Positions 12,024-23,099 of a stretch of DNA of 64,000 nucleotides are shown here, in pieces. Numbering within the stretch: position 1 is the first letter of the stretch; each line of letters starts with the position of its first letter. The notes below the pieces were generated by a model that was not told the DNA's origin, made no database searches, and saw only the letters and a program-made list of their open reading frames with translations. The DNA is from Eukaryota sp. TZLM1-RC (taxonomy: Eukaryota > Protista > Metamonada: BaSk clade): assembly GCA_040285825.1 (NCBI GenBank), contig JAUPSS010000003.1, positions 3,596,001-3,660,000 on the forward strand, written 5' to 3'. The position numbers and the translations under genes are program-made.

Positions 12024-12779
12024 TCAATAGAGGGAAGATATGGGGTTTGTTAAACTCATTGGTGCATCGTTTGTGTGACACACATAATTTACCTCATGTT
12101 TGATTTTAGTTGGACAATCGCGGGAGATGTGTCCAGGCTTGTGGCACTTGAAGCACGATTGATTTTTTAAATCCTGAGAGCGCCAAGAGGACCTCGTTTT
12201 AGTGCCAGCCGTACGTTCCACATCATTCACTGAGGTTTTGAAACCACGAGTCCATGAAGCAACCCTAGAGCAGTCCAACAGCTCATCAGTAGTGGTTTCG
12301 ACAAGAGAGTGAAGATGTGCGAATACATCATCTCGAATTCTCGCTAGTAGAGAACGCTGAAGACCTACGGGAAGAATTCCTCTGGCAAATCGATTCAGAA
12401 AAGCTGTGTCTGGTAACTTCAGTCCGGAAGCCCTACTCTTTACCTGGAGGAAACGTCGCAGGTAACAGGACATACGTTCTCGGACGTCACCAATACGGAC
12501 ATCAAGCCTCAGTTCTGACATAGCCAGACTAAAATCTTCGTACGTGGCGAACGATACGACAGATTGTAGATGTCTAAGAAGAACATCGTCACTGGAAGAG
12601 ACGTCGGATTTCTGGAGAGATAGGGACTCTAACAGAAAAGAATCGACCAACAGTCTTGCTGGAACAAGCTCTTTCTTAGAAGTCACAGAAGAATAGATCT
12701 CCCACTCTTGTAGGAACAAGAGAACACTTTCAACTTTCATGGAAGAAAGAGACGGGAGGTTGACAGAAGGAACAGTCAT
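12024..12779 (-). CDS. Gag-like CCHC protein (unit 3, type B)
   Basis: Intact 251-aa ORF with E/D/M variants. Confidence 0.8.
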   Translation of the reverse strand: MTVPSVNLPSLSSMKVESVLLFLQEWEIYSSVTSKKELVPARLLVDSFLLESLSLQKSDVSSSDDVLLRHLQSVVSFATYEDFSLAMSELRLDVRIGDVRERMSCYLRRFLQVKSRASGLKLPDTAFLNRFARGILPVGLQRSLLARIRDDVFAHLHSLVETTTDELLDCSRVASWTRGFKTSVNDVERTAGTKTRSSWRSQDLKNQSCFKCHKPGHISRDCPTKIKHEVNYVCHTNDAPMSLTNPISSLY

Positions 12780-12987
12780 CTGAAATAAGAAGGGCCAATA
12801 ATTATTGATGCCGTTAGGCAGATGAACACACGAAGGGGAGAGAGAGAAATCTGCGTTTATTAATAAAACTGATTCATAAATGAGTATCACATCATCAGTC
12901 GAAATACAAAGAAACCTACTAATTCAATTTGAGTTCAACAACAACACTACTTTTTCCCACTTTTCTGAGGACAAATACAGTACTGTC

Positions 12988-13743
12988 TCAATAGAGGGAA
13001 GATATGGGGTTTGTTAAACTCATTGGTGCATCGTTTGTGTGACACACATAATTTACCTCATGTTTGATTTTAGTTGGACAATCGCGGGAGATGTGTCCAG
13101 GCTTGTGGCACTTGAAGCACGATTGATTTTTTAAATCCTGAGAGCGCCAAGAGGACCTCGTTTTAGTGCCAGCCGTACGTTCCACATCATTCACTGAGGT
13201 TTTGAAACCACGAGTCCATGAAGCAACCCTAGAGCAGTCCAACAGCTCATCAGTAGTGGTTTCGACAAGAGAGTGAAGATGTGCGAATACATCATCTCGA
13301 ATTCTCGCTAGTAGAGAACGCTGAAGACCTACGGGAAGAATTCCTCTGGCAAATCGATTCAGAAAAGCTGTGTCTGGTAACTTCAGTCCGGAAGCCCTAC
13401 TCTTTACCTGGAGGAAACGTCGCAGGTAACAGGACATACGTTCTCGGACGTCACCAATACGGACATCAAGCCTCAATTCTGACATAGCCAGACTAAAATC
13501 TTCGTACGTGGCGAACGATACGACAGATTGTAGATGTCTAAGAAGAACATCGTCACTGGAAGAGACGTCGGATTTCTGGAGAGATAGGGACTCTAACAGA
13601 AAAGAATCGACCAAGAGTCTTGCTGGAACAAGCTGTTTCTTAGAAGTCACAGAAGAATAGATCTCCCACTCTTGTAGGAACAAGAGAACACTTTCAACTT
13701 TCATGGAAGAAAGAGACGGGAGGTTGACAGAAGGAACAGTCAT
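12988..13743 (-). CDS. Gag-like CCHC protein (unit 4, type B)
   Basis: Intact 251-aa ORF. Confidence 0.8.
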   Translation of the reverse strand: MTVPSVNLPSLSSMKVESVLLFLQEWEIYSSVTSKKQLVPARLLVDSFLLESLSLQKSDVSSSDDVLLRHLQSVVSFATYEDFSLAMSELRLDVRIGDVRERMSCYLRRFLQVKSRASGLKLPDTAFLNRFARGILPVGLQRSLLARIRDDVFAHLHSLVETTTDELLDCSRVASWTRGFKTSVNDVERTAGTKTRSSWRSQDLKNQSCFKCHKPGHISRDCPTKIKHEVNYVCHTNDAPMSLTNPISSLY

Positions 13744-13951
13744 CTGAAATAAGAAGGGCCAATAATTATTGATGCCGTTAGGCAGATGAACACACGAAGG
13801 GGAGAGAGAGAAATCTGCGTTTATTAATAAAACTGATTCATAAATGAGTATCACATCATCAGTCGAAATACAAAGAAACCTACTAATTCAATTTGAGTTC
13901 AACAACAACACTACTTTTTCCCACTTTTCTGAGGACAAATACAGTACTGTC

Positions 13952-14707
13952 TCAATAGAGGGAAGATATGGGGTTTGTTAAACTCTTTGGTGCATCGTTT
14001 GTGTGACACACATAATTTACCTCATGTTTGATTTTAGTTGGACAATCGCGGGAAATGTGTCCAGGCTTGTGGCACTTGAAGCACGATTGATTTTTTAAAT
14101 CCTGAGAGCGCCAAGAGGACCTCGTTTTAGTGCCAGCCGTACGTTCCACATCATTCACTGAAGTTTTGAAACCACGAGTCCATGAAGCAACCCTAGAGCA
14201 GTCCAACAGCTCATCAGTAGTGGTTTCGACAAGAGAGTGAAGATGTGCGAATACATCATCTCGAATTCTCGCTAGTAGAGAACGTTGAAGACCTACGGGA
14301 AGAATTCCTCTGGCAAATCGATTCAGAAAAGCTGTGTCTGGTAACTTCAGTCCGGAAGCCCTACTCTTTACCTGGAGGAAACGTCGCAGGTAACAGGACA
14401 TACGTTCTCGGACGTCACCAATACGGACATCAAGCCTCAGTTCTGACATAGCCAGACTAAAATCTTCGTACGTGGCGAACGATACGACAGATTGTAGATG
14501 TCTAAGAAGAACATTGTCACTGGAAGAGACGTCGGATTTCTGGAGAGATAGGGACTCTAACAGAAAAGAATCGACCAAGAGTCTTGCTGGAACAAGCTCT
14601 TTCTTAGAAGTCACAGAAGAATAGATCTTCCACTCTTGTAGGAACAAGAGAACACTTTCAACTTTCATGGAAGAAAGAGACGGGAGGTTGACAGAAGGAA
14701 CAGTCAT
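13952..14707 (-). CDS. Gag-like CCHC protein (unit 5, type A)
   Basis: Intact 251-aa ORF. Confidence 0.8.
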   Translation of the reverse strand: MTVPSVNLPSLSSMKVESVLLFLQEWKIYSSVTSKKELVPARLLVDSFLLESLSLQKSDVSSSDNVLLRHLQSVVSFATYEDFSLAMSELRLDVRIGDVRERMSCYLRRFLQVKSRASGLKLPDTAFLNRFARGILPVGLQRSLLARIRDDVFAHLHSLVETTTDELLDCSRVASWTRGFKTSVNDVERTAGTKTRSSWRSQDLKNQSCFKCHKPGHISRDCPTKIKHEVNYVCHTNDAPKSLTNPISSLY

Positions 14708-14913
14708 CTGAAATAAGAAAAGCCAATAATTATTGATGCCGTTAGGCAGATGAACACACGAAGGGGAGAGAGAAATCTGCGTTTATTAATAAAACTGATT
14801 CATAAATGAGTATCACATCATCAGTCGAAATACAAAGAAACCTACTAATTCAATTTGAGTTCAACAACAACACTACTTTTTCCCACTTTTCTGAGGACAA
14901 ATACAGTACTGTC

Positions 14914-15669
14914 TCAATAGAGGGAAGATATGGGGTTTGTTAAACTCATTGGTGCATCGTTTGTGTGACACACATAATTTACCTCATGTTTGATTTTAGT
15001 TGGACAATCGCGGGAGATGTGTCCAGGCTTGTGGCACTTGAAGCACGATTGATTTTTTAAATCCTGAGAGCGCCAAGAGGACCTCGTTTTAGTGCCAGCC
15101 GTACGTTCCACATCATTCACTGAGGTTTTGAAACCACGAGTCCATGAAGCAACCCTAGAGCAGTCCAACAGCTCATCAGTAGTGGTTTCGACAAGAGAGT
15201 GAAGATGTGCGAATACATCATCTCGAATTCTCGCTAGTAGAGAACGCTGAAGACCTACGGGAAGAATTCCTCTGGCAAATCGATTCAGAAAAGCTGTGTC
15301 TGGTAACTTCAGTCCGGAAGCCCTACTCTTTACCTGGAGGAAACGTCGCAGGTAACAGGACATACGTTCTCGGACGTCACCAATACGGACATCAAGCCTC
15401 AGTTCTGACATAGCCAGACTAAAATCTTCGTACGTGGCGAACGATACGACAGATTGTAGATGTCTAAGAAGAACATCGTCACTGGAAGAGACGTCGGATT
15501 TCTGGAGAGATAGGGACTCTAACAGAAAAGAATCGACCAAGAGTCTTGCTGGAACAAGCTCTTTCTTAGAAGTCACAGAAGAATAGATCTCCCACTCTTG
15601 TAGGAACAAGAGAACACTTTCAACTTTCATGGAAGAAAGAGACGGGAGGTTGACAGAAGGAACAGTCAT
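14914..15669 (-). CDS. Gag-like CCHC protein (unit 6, type B)
   Basis: Intact 251-aa ORF. Confidence 0.8.
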   Translation of the reverse strand: MTVPSVNLPSLSSMKVESVLLFLQEWEIYSSVTSKKELVPARLLVDSFLLESLSLQKSDVSSSDDVLLRHLQSVVSFATYEDFSLAMSELRLDVRIGDVRERMSCYLRRFLQVKSRASGLKLPDTAFLNRFARGILPVGLQRSLLARIRDDVFAHLHSLVETTTDELLDCSRVASWTRGFKTSVNDVERTAGTKTRSSWRSQDLKNQSCFKCHKPGHISRDCPTKIKHEVNYVCHTNDAPMSLTNPISSLY

Positions 15670-18224
15670 CTGAAATAAGAAGGGCCAATAATTATTGATG
15701 CCGTTAGGCAGATGAACACACGAAGGGGAGAGAGAGAAATCTGCGTTTATTAATAAAACTGATTCATAAATGAGTATCACATCATCAGTCGAAATACAAA
15801 GAAACCTACTAATTCAATTTGAGTTCAACAACAACAGAAGTGATCTATAATCTTAATGATTACAGATTCTTCCATATCACCGGCAGCAATGTTCTTATGC
15901 CAATCTATAATTTCTTTAGGGAAGTCAAAGAGGTATAGTTTACAACGATTAATACTTGCCGTAGACATCGAACCAGTGACGAGATTCTTGAGTAATAAAC
16001 TTTTATTGGATTTAACTTCTTCAACGAGAAAAGGGCCAGCGAAGCAACCATGGAGTTTACCATTAGTCTTTAATCACAAAACTAAGTCCCCTTTAGTAAA
16101 AGGGTTCCTATATTTGTTAACTTCAGGCAGTTGTTGAGCTTGCCTGAGCTCTGCTTCTTCTCTCTTCTTTGAAATCCTTTCAAGTTTTGCTTCAAGATCT
16201 TTAACAAAGGGAATATTAACATTAGCTGATTTTATTAGTTCAAATATATTACCAGGATAAGCTCTAAGGCTGTGGTCGCTACCAAACATCAAATTGTAGG
16301 GCGAATGACCAGTAACTCTACTAATAGTTGAATTGATTTGAAATTGTACAATTGGGATATATTCACTTCAATTGCTATAATCGCCAGAGTTCACCAAAAT
16401 CTATCTTAGACTTTGTAAAATGTCTCTGTGCCGTCTTTCTACTAAACCATTGCTTTGTGAAAAGCTAGTTAGTGAACGACTTACTTCAATGTTTAATAAA
16501 TCGCATAACCCTTTGAATATGGCATTTGCAAATTCAATACCATTGTCGCTATGAATCAACAGTGGGATACCAAAAATTGATACTACACTCTATAGGAGGT
16601 GATTGGTTGCCTCCACTGTATTCAATTCCTTTACAGGGCAAGTGATCGTATACCTAGTGAACGAATCTACAAAAACTATTAAATATTTGAATCCATTATC
16701 ATCTTGTTGTAATGGTCCAAAAGTGTCTGCATTTGATCGAGCAAAAGGTCGATCAGCCCAAAGAGAGCCAGATGATTCAATGACATTTTTAGGCACATGT
16801 GCCGTCTTTTGACATGCTGGGCATCTCTTAATATGATTAATCATGTCTTTGCGCATGTCGGGCCAAAAGTAATTACTATTGAGTAATTTCTTTACGCTAG
16901 CCGTCACACTAGGATGGCCAACATTTGCATGTCCATGAATTATAGTTAAGGTCTGCTTCTTTAAACTATCTGGGATAACACTCTTCCCACGATTGTTGGT
17001 ATACAATTGAATATCTGAATTATAATTGTAATCTTTGTAATAATTAGGATTTGAATCAACATCTATAAGTTGTTCTTGCCTAATCTTTGAGATCCAAGTG
17101 TCAAATAAATCAAATTTAGTATCCTCAACTGCTTCTTTTAAGGCAGATAAGCTATTGATTGTGGGTAGCTCAATTGTGGACGGTTGACTAATATCACCCC
17201 TTAACAAATTAACTCTAGTTAATAAATTTAAATAGGGTAATTGTTCTTCAACTCTGTGAGGTGCCAAGTTTCTCACTTGTTGGACTCGAAGGGTTTTGGG
17301 TTTGGTATCAACCAATCTAGACAACATGTCTGCCCAATAATTCTCCTCGCATGCAGTGTGGACTACATCAAAATTGAATTCTGACAATATTGGTAGCCAC
17401 CTCTTCACAATTCTGTTCTTTTCAGGAGCTGATCTAAGGTATGCTAAGTTTCTATGATCAGTGAATATAGTTAATTTCCTCGAAATTAAATAATTTTCTA
17501 AACTACTGTCACTGAGAATTAGTAAAATTGCATACAACTCTTTCTGAAGTACAGACCAATTTTTTTGTGAAGTTGATAATAATCTGCTATAGAAGGCAAT
17601 AGGTACAACCTTTCTCTTAATTAGCGGTGTCGTAGGATCCTTAGGTGGGTTAGCTTCTTGCCATATTACTCCACCTACAGCCACATCAGACGCGTCAGCA
17701 CTTATTAAAATATGCTTGTTTTCTGAGGGCAATTCAAGAGGGTTATTTGCTTTAATAAGATTTATAATCTTATCAAAAGCCCCGTCATGATCAGAAGTCC
17801 ACTTGATTTTTGACGGTTTGTTTCTGGTTAATTTGTTGATTGGTTCTATCAAATTAGACAAATTTGGCAACCAGTCAGGTATATAATTGATCAAACCTAT
17901 AAAACTCCTAACTTCAGGTAATGTCCTGGGTTTGGGTAGGTTGATCAGTCCCTCAATCTTAGATTCATCTATATAACGGGTCTTGTTTACAAAAATACTA
18001 CCTAGAATTTTTATTTCATGTCTGCAAGTGGTTAAGCTACACTTGGGTAGGCCCAGGTTAACTGGATTTATAAATGGAAAAATAATTTCACCAGAATTAA
18101 TCTATCTATATTTATTGAGCATGCACAATAAAAAATTTGATAACATAATTGCTGCTGACGTTAGCACTTTTGTTCCAGAAAGTAAACAGCAAATTAATCA
18201 CTTTTTGGCTGTTTTGCTGAAATT

Positions 18225-19440
18225 TATTTTTATTTATTGAATTTGCACACTTAATTAAATTAACTCATAACTAATGGGACGACTATCATTGAACCAAGAT
18301 TTCCTCTACAAAATCTTGATCTGCTTGCTGTCTAGCTAAAGCTTCTCTTATTCGATTGAAAAACCGAGGTAATCTATTAATAATGGCAAATTGAATCCGT
18401 GAACGCCATAAAAAAATATCAAATCTTTTCATTGTTTTTTCTTGAACCATTTTTTGGAAGTCATTCAAAAAAGTTTCTGCTTCATCTGATAATCTTCCGT
18501 TTATCGAAAATGGGAAGCAATAAAAACCAGCTGTGTATTTCTATCGGCATTAGCCTCTTCAATATCTTTATCATATTTTCTATGTTTCTCTTTTGCTTTA
18601 AAATCCAGAGCAGTTACAGGATTAAGTTTTCTTCTGTGAACCAAAGTATCATTTGCAACATTACATGAGACAAAGTCAACAATAGCTTCAGAATTATCAA
18701 TCCAATCACAGTATACATCACCTCTATCATCAGAACCAAAATTATTCAGAGAAAGTGTTTCCTTCAGCAGGGGTTCTTTGATACACGATATCCTTGCAGT
18801 TTGTGCCATATTGAAAACAGTGTCTCTAACAGCATCATGTAATGAAGAACGATAAGTTATCAATTTAGAGCAATTCAGAGCATGGCGGAAAGTGAGTTGA
18901 GGTGAATTCGAAAAATACATTTTTCTTTTGATAATAATTGATTAATGGGGATGTTCAAATATAATCTCATTTTTGTTACAAATGTCATTTTTTGGAAGTC
19001 ATTCAAAAAAATTTCTGCTTCAACTGACAATCTTCCGTTTATTGAAAATGGAAAAGCAATAAAAACTAGCTGTGTATTTCTATCAGCATTAGTTTCTTCA
19101 ATATCTTTGTCATCTTTTCTATGTTTTTCTTTGGGTTTGAATTCAAGAGCATCTACAGCATTAAGTTTCCTTCTTTGAACCAAAATAACATTTGCAACAT
19201 TACAGAAGACAAAGTCAACAACAGCTTCAGAGTTCTCAATCCAATCACAGTATACATCACCTCTATCATCAGAACCAAAATTATTCAGAGAAAGTGTTTC
19301 CTTCAGCAGGGACTCTTTGATATACGATATTCTTGCAGTTTGTGCCATATTGAAAACAGTGTCTCTAACAGCATCATGTAATGAAGAACGATAAGTTATC
19401 AATCTCTCACAATTAAGAGAATGTTGCAAAGTGAGTTGTT
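18225..19440 (-). mobile_element. Two tandem 3' fragments of a CRE-like element (same subfamily as 33843-34733)
   Basis: 'HALNC..YRSSLHDAVRD..DRGDVYCD' occurs twice; 3' UTR and A-rich tail match 34670-34724. Confidence 0.8.
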
Positions 19441-20287
19441 CTTTTGCTTGAATATAACTAATTGACAATTATAAGAGTTTTTTAAGCACTTTAAACGTGT
19501 GGATAACCCCATAACTTTCAGTTACCATTAGAATTATAAGCAGATTTAACAGTAGAAATAAGAGAACTCTCTCTCAGCAATTAACAAATTTGAACCACAA
19601 CTTTCAGTTTTTAACCAATGTGATCTTGGTGCAAAATTGGAACCTTTGAAACTCCCTTAAATCTTCAAATGCGATCAGCAACTTACAGCAAAACACTTTA
19701 CATGCCTTTCAACACACTTTGCAAGGACGATTTTGATTTAGGACCTGAAATAATCAATTAATTCAAACAATCAAAATTGATTGACCTCGTGATTTTCTTT
19801 TTTCCATTCAAAATCAAAATTGGTCTCTGCACATACTATGAATTACAATGAAGCAGAGTTTTCCACTATCTTAGCTCAACATGAATACAGGACCATTGCC
19901 CCACTCTCCATTGGACCTCTCCTGCCATCATCTTATAAAGTACCTTCAGATCTTCCTTCTCCAAATTATCCTACAGTTTCTGCCGTTGATCTCGATAGCA
20001 CCACTGTATCTTCCCTTGGAGTACCATGCTTTCATCACTCTTCCTTCCAATGTCACGATAAACCAATAACTTCTACCAAATATATCCCATCCGTTCGCAA
20101 GCTCGCCACGGATTAAGTTTTCTTCTGTGAAACAAAGTATCATTTGCAACATTACATGAGACAAAGTCAACAATAGCTTCAGAATTATCAATCCAATCAC
20201 AGTCACTCTAAAACGTTTGGCGTGTTCTAGGACCGTACCTCCTCTTGATAGAAATTCATCTAAGGTTGAAGCTACTATTATAATAAC

Positions 20288-20936
20288 GAAAAATTTACAC
20301 AAAAGGACCACTTGGCAACATGAATTTGCAAAAATAGGACCTTCTCCAATAGAACCTTCCCACCCATAAAGTACTTACAAATGACTTCTGCAAAAAAGAT
20401 GGCGGACATTGGTGGAAACAGTTGTTCCTCCTGTTTATACAAAGAGAGTTGGTAGAAGAAGGAAGAAACGATTTCGTAGACAATCAAGAAAGACTGTGAA
20501 GAGAGAACGGCTAGAAGAAAAGGAGCTTGATGCTATACTCAAGGGAGAGTTCGATTGTTGTGCGGAAAAAGCCGTTGTAAATATAGAAGAGCAGGAACTG
20601 CAGCATCACGAAAAGGAGACGATGGAAGCATTAGACTTTGATATCGAAGTATCGGGATTGTCTCCATTGGATGAGTTGTTACATTTTTGAGGCTGAGGTT
20701 TCTATATTTATAGATGTTGATTCTAAAAGTGTTTGTTTATCAGTGATAGTGAATAGCAAAATAACTGACAGAAGTGACGAAGTTTATTTAACAGAAAACA
20801 ATGGGACAATGGTAATGTACTTAAGAAGATAGGACCAATGAGAGTGAAAACAGGGTCCAATTTTGCAAAAGCATTTGTGGATGGACCCAAACTTGCATAA
20901 TGAAAAATTCAGCTGGACCTGTTTTGTCAATCCCCC
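20288..20936 (+). mobile_element. Non-autonomous MULE/Mutator-like element with 9-bp TSD TATAATAAC
   Basis: TSD at 20279-20287 and 20937-20945 inside the gypsy RT. Imperfect TIRs (GAAAAATTTACACAAAAGGACCA vs GGGGGATTGACAAAACAGGTCCA). Internal 'PPVYTKRVGRRRKKR' resembles a MULE C-terminus. Confidence 0.7.
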
Positions 20937-22918
20937 TATAATAACATCGATAAATGTAAATACACCTTCGGAATCAAAGATTTCCATCATCATGTTTTAG
21001 AAGACTGCAGGAACCTTCTTCAAACCAAAACAAGCCCTTTTGAAACTGATCGACATCCCCGGAATTAATACGGTAGTTTTATTAATACTATCTTTTGCAA
21101 TTTTGAGCTGTCAAGATGCCTTAAGTAAATCTAGAGTTGCTATATAATTAGCTTTATTTAAAAACTCTAAAATGTCGCTAATCCTGGGCAAATTTGCCTC
21201 TACAGGTTTAGTTAAATCATTTACTCCACCTATACCACTAAAATCGCCAGTTAATCGTGGTTTCCTGTGATCAGGGTAAGTCACAAGACAGATGGGACTG
21301 CTGAATTGAGACTTTGCGGGCACAGCAAATCCATTACGGATCAATTCGTTAAAAATTTCCTCGGCTACCCGTTGTGTTTCTGGGTTTAATCTTCGAGGTT
21401 TCTTTTTGACGACCTTACTTTCGTCATAAACTGGAATGTTCATCGGCTGACAATCAATTCCATCCGGGTGGGGTAGCCCACTAAATACAATTCTGCATTT
21501 TTCGAGTAGCACGACTAGGCGTTCTTCGTCCCTAATGTTATCCAGGCATCTTCTACAGCACAACTCATATAAATCATGTCTGAATGTGGAGTGCCCAAAA
21601 TCATTACCTAAGTCTGATTTATTACTCAATTGTTCTATGAATCTAAGTGGTTGACAAATTCTATTATCGAACTCACATTCAGCATTTAAGATGGTGCGGT
21701 GTTCGCGATCCAAATTAATATTGAAACCGTGCTCCGTGCGTAGCCCCAAGGTTTGTAATAAGTCTCTTCCGATCAAAAAATTATTGGTACCAGGAATAAT
21801 CTGGAATTCGATCCTTAAAAACACTTGAGTGGCCAAGCTACCCACATTTAGAGCAAAAACACCACTTGCACATTCCAGGGTCGTGGAGCGAATACGATTT
21901 GCCGATAGGTATTCGACGGTCTTATTGTCATCAACCGTCTTATTACATTTAGAGGCTAAATCCATGATATTGCTGAAAATGCAGCTCCATTATCAATTTT
22001 GCCCTGTACTTCCGCGTTGTTTATGGTGCAAATTAACCAGAGTTCCCCGTTAGAACTTTCTTGGTTATCTGCTACCCTGGACAGTCTAACACTGTGGATA
22101 AAACCCACAGGATTGGATGACTCTCTAAATCTCTTTAATGGATTTAGGTATTTATAATTCGAATCAAATTTGCTCATTTTATAAATGAAATTGGTTGAAA
22201 TTATATGTAAGGTTTAAAGATGGATATTTATCTTATTTATTACTACTATTACGTTTTCTATCACGTTTCTTGCCTCCTTGACGCTTTTTAGAACCTGGTC
22301 TTCCCATTGTTTTAAAACATTTCTCTTCAGGATGTTTATTGATTTTGCTTTATTGATTTGGTCTCATTCCAAAACGCAAAAGAATCCTGTAGAATCACAG
22401 CCTTTGCTTCAGCAGCACTTTCTCATACAGTTCTGTTGGAACTGCGAATTCTTTCACAAAACATTGGTTGCTCCACTAAATGTTCCAAAATCGATCTGTT
22501 CAACAGCAATCTTTGAAGTGTTATAATTAAGTATGCGAATATGGTAACAGGAAACAATTTTGGATGAAGTTGCTGAGTCTCTTGACATCGCATAGTATTT
22601 TATCACGAAAACGCGTGGAGAATGTAGCATGAGACTCGAACCCACAAGAAATACAACGGAAGTCAAACTTGCCCTTCTTCTGGTGGCGCACAAGAACAAG
22701 TTTGTATAGAGGACTTTCTGAGCTCCCACAGTAAGTGTGGAATATACTATCGTCCTGGGACTCATGTTCCGTGGAAGAGAGAGACATTGAGCAGAAAAGG
22801 TTATATTAAAGTTCAAGTTTTTGCACACAAAGTTTATGACTATTTACTTTATGGCTATTTTAACTATTAATAGCACTCCAGATTATGATGTATGTCTGTT
22901 GAGCAAAAAAATGAAGGT

Positions 22919-22952
22919 TTGTGATCACATGTGATCACAATCACGTGTGATT
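22919..22952. repeat. 22-bp perfect palindrome TTGTGATCACATGTGATCACAA plus adjacent TCAC/GTGA near-palindromes
   Basis: Seen directly in the sequence. Confidence 0.8.
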
Positions 22953-23099
22953 ACACTGTGAATGTGATCCACAAGTATGGTGGGAATAGTGAAAACCTCC
23001 CAAGTTGAGGGTAAAAACCCTTTTCAGAACAGGCAACCAGAAGTCGAAAATGGGGTGACAAGTGTAAAATTTGATAGATGAGCTCTTTATTCTCATTAC

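Larger units (their letters stand above)
9916..15836 (-). mobile_element. Tandem array of six gag-only LTR retroelements (962-964-bp period, 7 shared 139-141-bp LTRs), single TSD GAAG
   Basis: LTRs (TGTTG..ATCA on minus) at 9916, 10880, 11844, 12806, 13770, 14734 and 15696. PPT AAAAGTGGGAAAAAGTAG. GAAG at 9912-9915 and 15837-15840. Confidence 0.92.
9545..22348 (-). mobile_element. Degenerate Ty3/gypsy copy (family A variant) hosting three insertions (9916-15836, 18064-20204, 20288-20936)
   Basis: 3' LTR at 9545-9668 plus PPT. Integrase, RNase H, RT and protease segments are colinear with 27068-31040 once the inserts are removed. Many stops. Confidence 0.85.

Noticed and set aside
9916-15836. 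CRISPR-like or satellite array
   Set aside because: The 'spacers' are near-identical gag ORFs and the repeats are LTRs with a PPT and TSD.
22350-22900. Merlin/IS1595-like transposase remnant (CxxC)
   Set aside because: Too fragmentary; no catalytic motif or termini recognised.
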